Source of the DNA: Glycera tridactyla | Lineage: Eukaryota | Direction of reading: 5' to 3' | NCBI GenBank assembly: GCA_965644265.1 | Contig: CBFFRO010000099.1 | Coordinates: 1-64,000 of the forward strand | Length of the DNA stretch: 64,000 bases | Part shown: one piece after another, positions 1 to 10,216 of the stretch | Layout of the letters: the number at the start of each line of letters is the position of its first letter | Position numbering within the stretch: position 1 is the first letter of the stretch | Notes under the pieces: model-generated | Database searches by the model: none | What the model was told of the DNA's origin: nothing | The model's input: only the letters and a program-made list of their open reading frames with translations | Made by a program: the position numbers and the translations under genes

Positions 1-1482
1 TAATATGTGACCTTACACCGATGGAACAACCAGAACTCACTGATGAAAGTTTTCATAAAGTGAACTAACTTTGACAAACCTGAGATAGGTCATTGTGAAT
101 CCCTAGTGTTTCACGCCTATTGATCAAGGGAGTGTCAGATACCGGTTGTAGGAACACGAGGACAATCAATGGTCATCCCTACTTCAATCAAAACCCCATC
201 ATCATTTCAATCTATTGCCAACTCGACAGGTCATGGTAGAGCACTGTCTGAGATGTTACTTTTCGATCGATCGAGAAGCTATGAAATATGACTGAGCTAT
301 CATATCGATCAGTACTAAAACAGGTCGTGGTGGACCACTAGTGGTGGGGGTTTCTTTCTTGATTGATCGAGGGAGTGTGAGAAATGGCATGTTGAGGGGG
401 GGGGGGGGGGGAGATCGCTGGTCTATTGACAGCCAGTACTATTTCAATCCAATGTCCGGCTCTGCATAATTCAATTCCGGTCCGCGCACTCTGGCGCATG
501 ACGCGCTGTCTCAAGCCCGTCACTGTCATATTGACCGGCAACTTGAGATGGACAAGCACCAGTTGAGTTGCTTGGGGCACGTCCTGCCATGGGTCCTCGT
601 CCATCGGTGGGAAGTAGCACTCACCGAGACCGCGGCCTATGTTTGTCTTCATGATGGCTAATCCACACAGTGCGGACCACAGGGATGTGATTGTCTGTGC
701 ATATGCGGGATTTCCGTGTTGTTGATCACAAATGCAGCGAGCCATGCATGTCACTGAAAAAGACATATCATGCTGATATCACTTGGATGTGCCATTTTCA
801 GTGAAATATCAGGTGTCGAGTATTCCTTGTAACACAGCTGGATGAGAACTGCTTTTTGATGATCTCTTCCCTAATCCATGTCATGAAAGCAAGACTATAT
901 GACTGTGAGGTGTGAATTTTCTCCGATGTCACTAGGCCGTTATTCTCGTATTTCATCTGAATATCAACTGAAAGTTGCTTCACTAAAAAAGGCCTTCTCT
1001 TATCAGGGGGAGGGGGGGGGGGGGGCGGAGGATCTGGGCAACCAAACATTTTTTTTCTGGGAAAAGGAGGTCACAATAGGAGTTGGTCTAGTAGTATTCC
1101 CGGTGTAGTGTGGTGAATGACTAATTAGGAAACGAGTTTAGATCCCGTTAATGTGAAGCGAGGCTGTCTTGGTTGTGATGGCAACATCAAAGACTCGGTA
1201 ACACTCCCCTGTTGCCAGGAATTGAGCATCTAATTCTTCCTCCGTTTATGGCCAGAATTGAATGAGAGGGATGCTCTGATTTAATTTGAACTCAGCCTCT
1301 GCTCCAGCTCTGAGATAGTGCTTCAAAAACACACGTAGGTGGTATTCATCATTTAAAATCACGAGGTTGAGTTTTGTGCTCACTAAAGCCTTTCTGAGGA
1401 AATTCGCAGACAAACTTGATCATGACTTTTGTGACAGATATCAGCCAAAAAGTTTGTTCTACAAAGTATCCTGCACAAGGAG

Positions 1483-1639
1483 NNNNNNNNNNNNNNNNNN
1501 NNNNNNNNNNNNNNNNNNNNNNNNNNNNNNNNNNNNNNNNNNNNNNNNNNNNNNNNNNNNNNNNNNNNNNNNNNNNNNNNNNNNNNNNNNNNNNNNNNNN
1601 NNNNNNNNNNNNNNNNNNNNNNNNNNNNNNNNNNNNNNN
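1483..1639. other. Assembly gap (157 N)
   Basis: Run of N. Confidence 1.
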
Positions 1640-2486
1640 GTGACCCAGCAGTCAGAGGTGCTGGTCATGGGTTCAATCCAATATGAGATCGAAAAATTGG
1701 GCTTGGGCATTTGACACATTTCATTTTGTCACTTTCATAAAGTTATTTAAGAAATGATGGTGTATGGGTGCATATGTGTGCATGTTGGTGTTCATGCGTG
1801 CATGCGTGTATGTGATATCGGATTCCTCCCAGATCAGTGGTGAAGTCTTGTTGCATGAGAGCAAAATGTACGGATTCACTTGTTGGGCTCCATTAGTGAC
1901 TGAACACCTCGTAGAAATTTATGGTCGGCAGTCATGGAACCTGCCTTTAAGGCTCCATTCCACATAAATTTGTTTAATCAGTCGTGGAAGACTGGCAAAA
2001 GGTGCTTTCATTAACAAAGTTGTTTGGCCACCGTGTTGTGTATCAATGAATCGAGGGATTCTCATTACCCGAACAAAGAAATCAATTTGCATGCTATTAA
2101 ATGGAGAATGTGTAGACGTTGAATCAGGGATCCTGCTCACTTTATGATCCAAAGTTTCAGGATTTGCCATTGGTCCATCACCAAAACAAGAATCTCTCCC
2201 CCATATTCCAAGTCGTGACCAATTTTGACAGCTTTTTAAGATAAACGTGGAACCACAAGGTCGTTATTGACTATGATGGGTTCGGTATAGTAAGCTAGTG
2301 ACTCCACAAGTTTCTTAGTGTCTTGGAGCATTGACCGGAAATCCAGAGTCTTGAATGATCCCTCGGATGATCATAGAATCCAATTGATGCTGAAGAAGTA
2401 GAAAACCACCAACTTGTCATTCCTCAAGATTTAAACACCTCGTGAAAAATCCAAAAGCGATAGCACCAATTGCTATTTCGGAGGTA

Positions 2487-2649
2487 CAGTCAAACCTGCT
2501 CTAAAGACCAACTCTCTATGAAGGCCACCACCCCAAGCTGCGACAGTGGTAGTGTCTTCAGCAGCAAATGACCTCTCTATAAGGACCACCTGCCTATGAA
2601 GGCCACTTTTTATGCCATCGAGGGTGGTTTCTACAAGCAGGTTCGACTG
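2487..2649. mobile_element. Non-autonomous TA-target DNA transposon (Tc1/mariner-pogo-type MITE)
   Basis: TIRs CAGTCAAACCTGCT / AGCAGGTTCGACTG, flanked by TA on both sides; no coding capacity. Confidence 0.85.
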
Positions 2650-4007
2650 TACATGTATATATCCTGTATGCAGACTTCAAGCGAGGGAGTCAATGACAGA
2701 CACCTGATTTGGCAAGAATGAATATTCGGCAGAATGTGATATGCCAGATCTGTGACAATCTTTCCATACCAATGCCTCTGCCTAGGGATAGAATTTTCAA
2801 TAGCCTTTCGTAGTGTTAGGAATCGGTACCAATTTTGGGAATTGATTAATCAGAATTTATTTCGATTGATTAATCAATTATAATTGATGTTTAGTCAAGT
2901 GTCAAAGAAGACTGATTTGTAGCATGGAGGATGGTGACTGACATGACACGAGAAGTGAGAAGGCATGAATTCATCTGTAAAAAGAGTTAAAAGATGCTGG
3001 AGAGTGAAAGATAGACTAATAAATCTTGAAAAATGATAACGAGATCCAGATTATTCTAGAAAAAATACATTTAATGATGAAATCTGTCCTGCTGAAAATG
3101 AAAGCCAAAAAATCGATTCTGACAAAGTAACATTGATTAGTAGAATCGAAACCAAATTCGATTGATTCAATCGATTTCTGAGCGAAACGTCGCAAGACTT
3201 GCCTTTCGTCAGTGGTCAGAATTTCCCTTACACATTTGAAATAAGTTGTGTAGAGGACTGAGTGTTGAATCCAATTATGTGCTGCCACACACCGCTGACT
3301 CTGTAGTGTATCAAGAGCTGAAATAAAACTAGGTCCCGCTCAACTAAAAAACGATGTTGTTCCATCCATCATACTCCAACTAATTGTGTTGTCAAGAGTT
3401 GTTACAGTATACGAAGTGTTGATGCCAAGAGGATGTTATCACTGGCGATGGCAGAGCAGCCGATGGAAATAAAAATGATGAAATGATGCCTCATATTCAG
3501 TATGGAAATAGGGATTGTTCATCATCATCATCATTAGTGCTATCATCATTATTGTTAACATTAGTTATCATTATGATTATAACAAGTATTTCTGCTTCAG
3601 TCATCCTCGTGAAGGGGGACAGCTTCCGTCGCAGAAATTGATCATTAGTATCATTACCTTTATTATCATTATTACAGGGATGTTATTGCTCCATGGATCT
3701 GAAGATTTCTGGGGTTTTTTGTCACGAGTGCAGCACTCCATGCATGGGGCGGAAAAGAGCAATATGTGCTGATTATTTTGGATTTTAGATCATGAAAATT
3801 TAACCAGAATTGATGGAGATAGAACACAGATTTTGTATGCAGTCATAGTAGCCATGAGTTGGCAGCTGGGGCTTTCCTGGTCAATGAAATCTTGGTGAAA
3901 AGCACCACGGGTCAGGTTTTCGGGGGTTTTGGTTGTGAACGAATTACATCCGTGCTATTACCATTGTAACAGCTGTAATTATAATTTTCATCATTATCAT
4001 CATTTTC

Positions 4008-4171
4008 GGGAATTTTCGGAAATCCGAAAATTGGGTGAAAAACGATAATTTCCGAAATTGCTATGATCTGCTTGGGAGTTTCAAAATAGATACTTTTGAT
4101 GATATGATGGCTAGTTTCAGAAAATATTCCTCTATTTCCGAAAATTCAGCATCATCCCATTGGCATCATTG
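4008..4171. mobile_element. Left-truncated copy of the CAGTGGTGTCAAT-TIR MITE family (hAT-like)
   Basis: Aligns by eye to 9085-9267 and 10032-10216 (AAATCCGAAAATTGGGTGAAAAA...ATCCCATTGGCATCATTG). Confidence 0.75.
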
Positions 4172-4697
4172 TATTTGACAAAAACTCTGTTGACGAGCTG
4201 CATAATTTGCATGGAAGCTGTTTTCGTAGCAGCTTAAGATCTGATTATTTTTCATGATGCGCATGCAACTGTTGGCAATAAACAAATACCTAGCCGACAG
4301 GCAAAAAATAAACTAGGAGGAAAATATTAGTGTAAGGTCTCCTTTAAACAGCATCTCCAGTGAAAAAGCTTGTTGTTGTAGTGATGGTATACGTGCTGTG
4401 ATTGGGCTGTTTTTAAACATTCCAGATACCTGCTACCTGTATTGTTTCTGGCAGGTGGCCGTGGAAGGTGTAGGGGCAACCGTTTGTTTTGCTGGCTTCT
4501 CCTGTAAACTTCACTGTTACCTCAGTAATAGTTGGTTCAGTGAAGGTCCATTTATGAACTCCTTTTTGGCTGGAGTTGGGAGAGGTCAAATACAAAATGT
4601 ATAGTGAGAAATATGTCAGTTGACTCATGTGTGGTCACTATATATAATGGTCAATCAAGCAGGTCCCACTGTGAACGAGGAGCATCAGGGTGTACAT

Positions 4698-4900
4698 CTC
4701 CCTCCCTCCCTCCCTCCCTCCCTCCCTCCCTCCCTCCCTCCCTACCTACCTCCCTACCTCCCTCCCTCCTGCTCCCTCCTCCGCTCTCTCTCTTTCCTTT
4801 TGAGTGAAAGAGGAAGAGAGAGGGAGGGGGGAAGAGAGAGAGAGAGACAGGGGGAGAAAGACAGAGAGAGAGAAAGACAGAGAGGGGAGAGAGAGAGAGC
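4698..4900. repeat. Compound microsatellite (CCCT)n followed by (GA)n-rich tract
   Basis: Directly visible; explains low-complexity ORFs 4604-5024. Confidence 0.95.
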
Positions 4901-5039
4901 TTACTCAAAAAAAGTCATACACACTATAATGTGTTACCTAAATACAAGTTATAGAAGGTTATGTATGGAACATGTATACATACATCGTCTATTTAGTGAA
5001 TTACATCAGAGAGGGGGGCAGTGAAGACTTCATGAGGTA

Positions 5040-5201
5040 CAGTCAAACCTGCTATAGTGTTATCCTGTCTACAGTGAAAAGAAAAATCTGGCCGGAACGT
5101 TTTTTTTTTTTCACTATAATTGACCTGTATATAGTGAAATCCTGTCTACAGTGAAAAGAAAAGTCTGGCCCGTGACTTTATACTATAAACAGGTTTTACT
5201 G
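5040..5201. mobile_element. TA-target MITE with internal direct repeat
   Basis: CAGTCAAACCTG / CAGGTTTTACTG TIRs, TA flanks; ATCCTGTCTACAGTGAAAAGAAAA occurs twice inside. Confidence 0.85.
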
Positions 5202-5938
5202 TATATTGATAATGGATACCACTGATGGGAGAAAGCTAGCATCAGAGAGGGAGGAAATCAGTTCTATATTATTTCTGATTTTTCAACAGGTATTTGGATT
5301 CACCAGATAGAGCCATCATCATATCATTATGTTCTGGAAGCATACATATCATCGACATGAACTGACTGTCCTGCATTTGTTCCAGTTCACATTCATCTGA
5401 TGTACATAAAAGACAGTCTTACATCTGTCACTCAAGTTTTGGAAATGAGAAGAAAAGTCACATATTTTGATAAGGATTGTTACGCCAAAGCAATATGAAT
5501 TGTGAAAGAGCAATAGCTTTTTTGATGAATATGGTTGTGCGCATTTTTATATGGTAATGAAGAGAACTATTGCAGTGACTGGTGGAGCAGAACTTTCGTG
5601 GATTTATATGAAGAAATAGTTTGTATGCGACCATCTAAAGAGAGTGACTGGTGTTTATACATTTCACAGGATTATATATGACAGTTTTTGATATATTGTG
5701 AGTTCCGAGGCGTTTTGATTCCTGTAATGCTTTTGATATTCCACGCTGTTGACTGTATCGGAGAGTGACTGGATAACTTTCACTGCGATTGAAGAACTTT
5801 TGCTCGGTTGAGGATCACGATTCAAGATGGCGGATTACCCTGTGGACGACGTGGAGAGTGTGACGTTGTTGGGGGTGGTGACGACGGTGACGTCAGGTAA
5901 TGTTACTAATACGACAGGTTTTGCTGGTGGTGTTGCAG

Positions 5939-6064
5939 ATGCACGTGTGGAGCATATCGCGCGGGCGGGGTGGTTCATCGGGATGATGTGCGCCATTCTC
6001 TTCCTCCTCCTCATCCTTCTCATCGTCTGTCTCATCAAACGCAATCGAGGAGGCAAATACCCAG
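5939..6064 (+). CDS. Nrg: L1CAM-family (neuroglian/NrCAM-like) transmembrane exon; 5' boundary uncertain (alternatives 5897, 5918)
   Basis: Encodes (D)[41 protein letters not shown], the GWFIG TM helix and KRxxGGKY juxtamembrane motif of L1 proteins; TACTAAT branch-like site at 5904-5910; CAG acceptor at 5936-5938; phase-1 donor CAG|GTAACG at 6064/6065. Confidence 0.93.
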
Positions 6065-6151
6065 GTAACGTAACGCTCATCATTACAGCTATGTGATATC
6101 GTCACAAAGTTATCGTAACAATTTTTTGTCTATCTTTCAGAGAATGTAGTA

Positions 6152-6329
6152 CAGTAAAACCTGTCTTGGGAGACCGCCTCATACGCCAACGAAAAGTGGT
6201 CTCTCAAAACAGGTGGTCTCTCATTGGAGGTATATTTGACTATATCAAATAGAGAAGTGCCGATGAAGAGTGGTCTCCCATTAGAGGGTGGTCTCCCAAA
6301 AGAGGGGTCTCCCAAGACAGGTTTCACTG
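6152..6329. mobile_element. TA-target MITE (GGTCTC-rich subfamily)
   Basis: TIR CAGTAAAACCTGTCTTGGGAGACC / GGTCTCCCAAGACAGGTTTCACTG, TA flanks. Confidence 0.9.
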
Positions 6330-6350
6330 TACTGTATATGACAACATATA

Positions 6351-6509
6351 CAGTTGAACCTGCTATAAAGGGCACCTGTATTAAGCAACCACCTGCCTTA
6401 AGCAACCACTTTTGAAAATCCCTCCGGAGTATTTCTCACTTTAATTGACCTGTATTAGACAACCACTTTTCGCTGTCCCAAGGGTGGTTGCTGGATACAG
6501 GTTTGACTG
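6351..6509. mobile_element. TA-target MITE (GCAACCAC subfamily)
   Basis: CAGTTGAACCTG / CAGGTTTGACTG TIRs, TA flanks. Confidence 0.85.
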
Positions 6510-7521
6510 TACATATATCATCAATATGTACAGTCAATCCACTTTCTCCTTGAGAAAATCCTTCTGACTTAGCATCCAGTGACCAATATGAACAATATGA
6601 CCAAATACTCTGGGATGTGACTGTTCCAGGGATACACGGATTTCCGTGCTTTGAGAATAAATTCAGCTCGGTCGGGGATCATGTGATTGTTCAACAGATC
6701 AATGGATTCCCATGTTTTCGGTCACTTGTCCAGCAATATATGCATATATAGCAATATATGCATATATAGCAAAGAAGAGCATTTCATGCTGATCATTTTG
6801 GATATTCAGATCATGATTAGTGAACCAGAATTAGTGGAAGTTGAGCACAAAGATTGTATGAAGTTATATTGGCCATAAGTAAACAGTTGTTGGCATTTCT
6901 TGGTGCACAAAATCTTGGTGAAAAGTTCCTTGGGTTGGGTTTTTGGATGGTAGCAGATCACGTCTTTGCTTGTTATGCACACAAGAGGAAAGGACATTGA
7001 ATGCTCAGTATCTTTTCCGATCGTCAAAATCGGATTACAATTAGCAAAAATAGAGCAGAGAATTTGCAGATGATTCAACAAGCATGTCCTTGCTTGTCTT
7101 GTGCCTTTGTATCCTTTTGATGGAATCTGCATGGTTTAGAAAAAACTTTGCATGTATCGGTCCAAAACCTCATAATTTCATTCTTGATTCTATCATTAAG
7201 TTCACTGACCTCATCTGAATGACACTGATATGTAATTGAACAAGCAGCAAGGTAGTAGCATAGAGATCTCCAGCCGCAGGCAGGGATCTCAAAAACTGCA
7301 GTTCAGATTCAACATGATTTGCAATTCTATAGTTCTGTTGATGTAATACATCTAGTTTTTGCCATGAGAATTCTGGAAGTTTTTGTGAAAGAATCAACTG
7401 GAAGTTTTCACGCCAAGACATTATCAAGTTAACATGTTATTTTTCTTGCACAATATTTTTTTGCCGAAGACATGGATTTATGAGGAAGATGATGTATGAG
7501 TTTGCTTATTTTTGCTATCAG

Positions 7522-7609
7522 TGTATGAGAAAGAGAAGCTACGAGCGCAGGATCCCAACTATCCTAACCGCGACGACGAAGAAGGCGGCTTCGGCGAATA
7601 CACGAGAAC
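7522..7609 (+). CDS. Nrg: L1CAM-family first cytoplasmic exon (88 nt, phase 1 to 2)
   Basis: TTTTTGCTATCAG acceptor and AC|GTAAGT donor; continues the TM exon in frame as VYEKEKLRAQDPNYPNRDDEEGGFGEYTR(T), matching the L1-family GGKYxV...FxEY pattern. Confidence 0.95.
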
Positions 7610-7859
7610 GTAAGTATTGACATTAATCATTTACGTGTATCCCCGTCTTCACCACAATATTCTTCATGATGTCATCTCACATCACAGAAAAAAACTATTA
7701 TGTGAATTATTTGTACTAAAAGCAAACGCGCGACTCCCATGTTTCATGTTACTCCGTGTTTTAATCGAGTATGTGTTTGGATGTATCATGTCTGTGCTGG
7801 ATGCATTGCTTGTTTAACACCGTTGATGGTTTAACGATTATTTGTTCTCGCTACCTCAG

Positions 7860-7896
7860 AAAAAAAGGTAGAACATATTTGATGAGTTATGTTTGA
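7860..7896 (+). CDS. Candidate alternative last exon (T)KKGRTYLMSYV*, or an 8-nt frameshifting microexon 7860-7867
   Basis: CAG acceptor at 7857-7859 after an ~88-nt AG-free T-rich zone; phase-2 reading ends in class-I PDZ ligand S-Y-V; no nearby AATAAA seen. Confidence 0.45.
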
Positions 7897-8315
7897 TCGT
7901 ATTGAGTGGGCCGGACTGCCACATCCAGGTAGTGTACTCTGCGGTGGGATGTGAAAAAAAGAGGAGGGACAACTAGGGCCTTGAACAGTTTGATTAGTGT
8001 TTTAGTATGCTGTTAGCTATAGTCTATTCTGTGCTTGTTTGATTATCACACCCCTGAGATATTCGTGCAGGTATTGGACACTGCCATTTAAGGATATCTG
8101 CTCATCATGGCTAGCAGAACCGATAATGAAACAGACAAATTTGTACCCTTTTTTATTATGTAAAGTACAAATTGAAAGGTAATGGTTTAGTCATTGAAAC
8201 GTTGATATCTTTGGCAGCACTAAGACCTGCAATTCATATCTATGCATGCAAGTCCATGTACATGCATAGGCGACTCTAGGTTTGGGTTGATGTATACACC
8301 CACTCACATGAATGC

Positions 8316-8318
<3 letters not shown>

Positions 8319-8385
<67 letters not shown>
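8319..8385. repeat. (CA)n microsatellite
   Basis: Directly visible. Confidence 1.
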
Positions 8386-8386
<1 letters not shown>

Positions 8387-8562
8387 TTGTGACATGATAC
8401 ATGGGCAAAAGTTCATGAAATGTGTTGAATACCCAAGCCCAATTTTTAATTTGGATTTCTTATCGTGGTTGAACCATCAACTTCTTGGTTCACACATACA
8501 ACTGTACATACAAATTTCTTCCAGGTTATCATAGCCTCTAGGTGCATACATATACAATAGAG

Positions 8563-8876
8563 TGAGACCTGCGACGAGTGACTCCAAACAGCGGAGTTGG
8601 CCTCTCATCAGGGCAATCATCTACTATGTCAAAAGAGTTATACAGTGAAACCTGCGACAATAGACCCCCGACGAGAGACCACCTCCAACAGCGGAACCGC
8701 TTTTTCCGGACAGCTTTTCCATATGACATAGCCAAATATACCTCTGACGAGAGACCACCTCTTTTGAGAGACCGCTTTTTGGTGACATTTAGGGTGGTCT
8801 CTCGTTCCAGGTTTCACTGTATGTTTTGCTGAAGCAGTCTCCTGTTGTCGGGAGTCTCTCAAACAGGTTTCACTGT
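8563..8876. mobile_element. Nested TA-target MITEs: younger element 8643-8819 inside an older related copy
   Basis: Inner CAGTGAAACCTG...CAGGTTTCACTG with TA flanks; outer degenerate left end GAGTGAGACCTGCGACGAG (~8563) and right end CAGGTTTCACTG ending ~8876. Confidence 0.75.
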
Positions 8877-9084
8877 AAATGTTGTCCGTCTGCAGTCAGT
8901 TCCTCGTATAGATATTGATAGATATTGTAATTCATCACAGCATGTACATATCCCACAATCACTCCAATCACATCAAGTGGGAGCCTCAGAAGGTGTTTTA
9001 TCGGTCGCGGTTTGGACAGAATATAGGACTACAAGTGATCAGTCATATGGGAACACTCAATAGATCAGCTCTGCTTCATTTCCA

Positions 9085-9267
9085 CAGTGGTGACAATTTT
9101 CCGAAAATTTTTGAAAATCCGAAAATTGGGTGAAAAATTATAATTTCCGAAATTGCTATAATCTGCTTGGGAGTTTCAAAATGAATACTTTTGATGATAT
9201 GATGGGGTAGTTTCAGAAAATATTCCTATATTTCCGAAAATTCAGCTTCATCCCATTGGTATCACTG
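9085..9267. mobile_element. hAT-like MITE with apparent 6-bp TSD (TTTCCA)
   Basis: Imperfect TIRs CAGTGGTGACAAT / ATTGGTATCACTG; TTTCCA immediately on both sides. Confidence 0.8.
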
Positions 9268-10031
9268 TTTCCAGTATGTTCCCTTGTTGTGCTATCAATG
9301 AGATTATGGAAGTTCAAATGCCTACGTATCACTGATAAGATTCATCTTTATATCTTTATACTGGGCGATCTGATATATTTTGACAATTTATTTTCCGATT
9401 CTCCATATTACAAAAAACGTGTTTTCAAAAACATGGCATTTACATTCTCACCAGCTCCACGTTTGTGTGTGGTGTCACTGAAAAGTTATCTGGGAGAGTG
9501 GATCTCTTAAATGAAGGCATATATGGAGATTAATGATAATAATTATGATAATTAACACCTAATTAATCACACTATGAGTGCATATCATGTGGAAGGATAT
9601 TACAACGATGCCAATTTGGAATTCTAGAATTTAGATGGAAAATTGTAGAAGTGACCACAATCTTGCTGGAGATGTCAGACCAGTTACTTTTGAGGAAATC
9701 TCGAGTATTTTATTTTCTGTTGAGGAGAATGAAACATATTTCTGAACATTTGGCTCCACTCATTGCCATCGTTGTGATTATATCCATGCATATGTACATT
9801 GATTCTTGATATTGTGGTGATACCTTTCATGTTGTTTATCCTATTACCGGAATCAATGGGGGGGGGGGGGGGGGGAAATGATTACCAGAATGCATGTACA
9901 TGTATGTTGTTGGAACATTCCTCCTGAAAGTCACTGCATTATGGAAATCACGAATGAAAATTAGAGGCCAAAATTGGATCGCCATTGAGAGGTATTGAGA
10001 GGCAGTGTTAGGAGGCATCTTCTGGGTTGTA

Positions 10032-10216
10032 CAGTGGTGTCAATTTTTGCGAAAATTTACGGAAATCAGAAAATTGGGTGAAAAATATTCATTTCAGAAA
10101 TGGCTAAAATCTGTTTGGGAATTTGAGAACAAATACTTTTGACGATATGTGGCGGTACTTTCAGAGAATGTTTCTATATTTCCGAAAAATTTAGCTTCAT
10201 CTCATTGACATCACTG
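10032..10216. mobile_element. hAT-like MITE, same family, more diverged
   Basis: TIRs CAGTGGTGTCAAT / ATTGACATCACTG; flanks GTTGTA / ATTGCA (4/6 match). Confidence 0.8.

Noticed and set aside
338-766. 142-aa minus-strand ORF in a GC-richer patch
   Set aside because: No recognisable domain; partly encoded by a poly-G run; at most an unassigned repeat fragment
4426-4467. Possible 42-nt phase-1 exon (DTCYLYCFWQVAVE) upstream of the TM exon
   Set aside because: Weak GTGTAG donor; Cys/aromatic peptide does not resemble an L1 FnIII or stalk segment
4604-5024. Pro/Ser-rich and Arg/Glu-rich ORFs
   Set aside because: Translations of microsatellites
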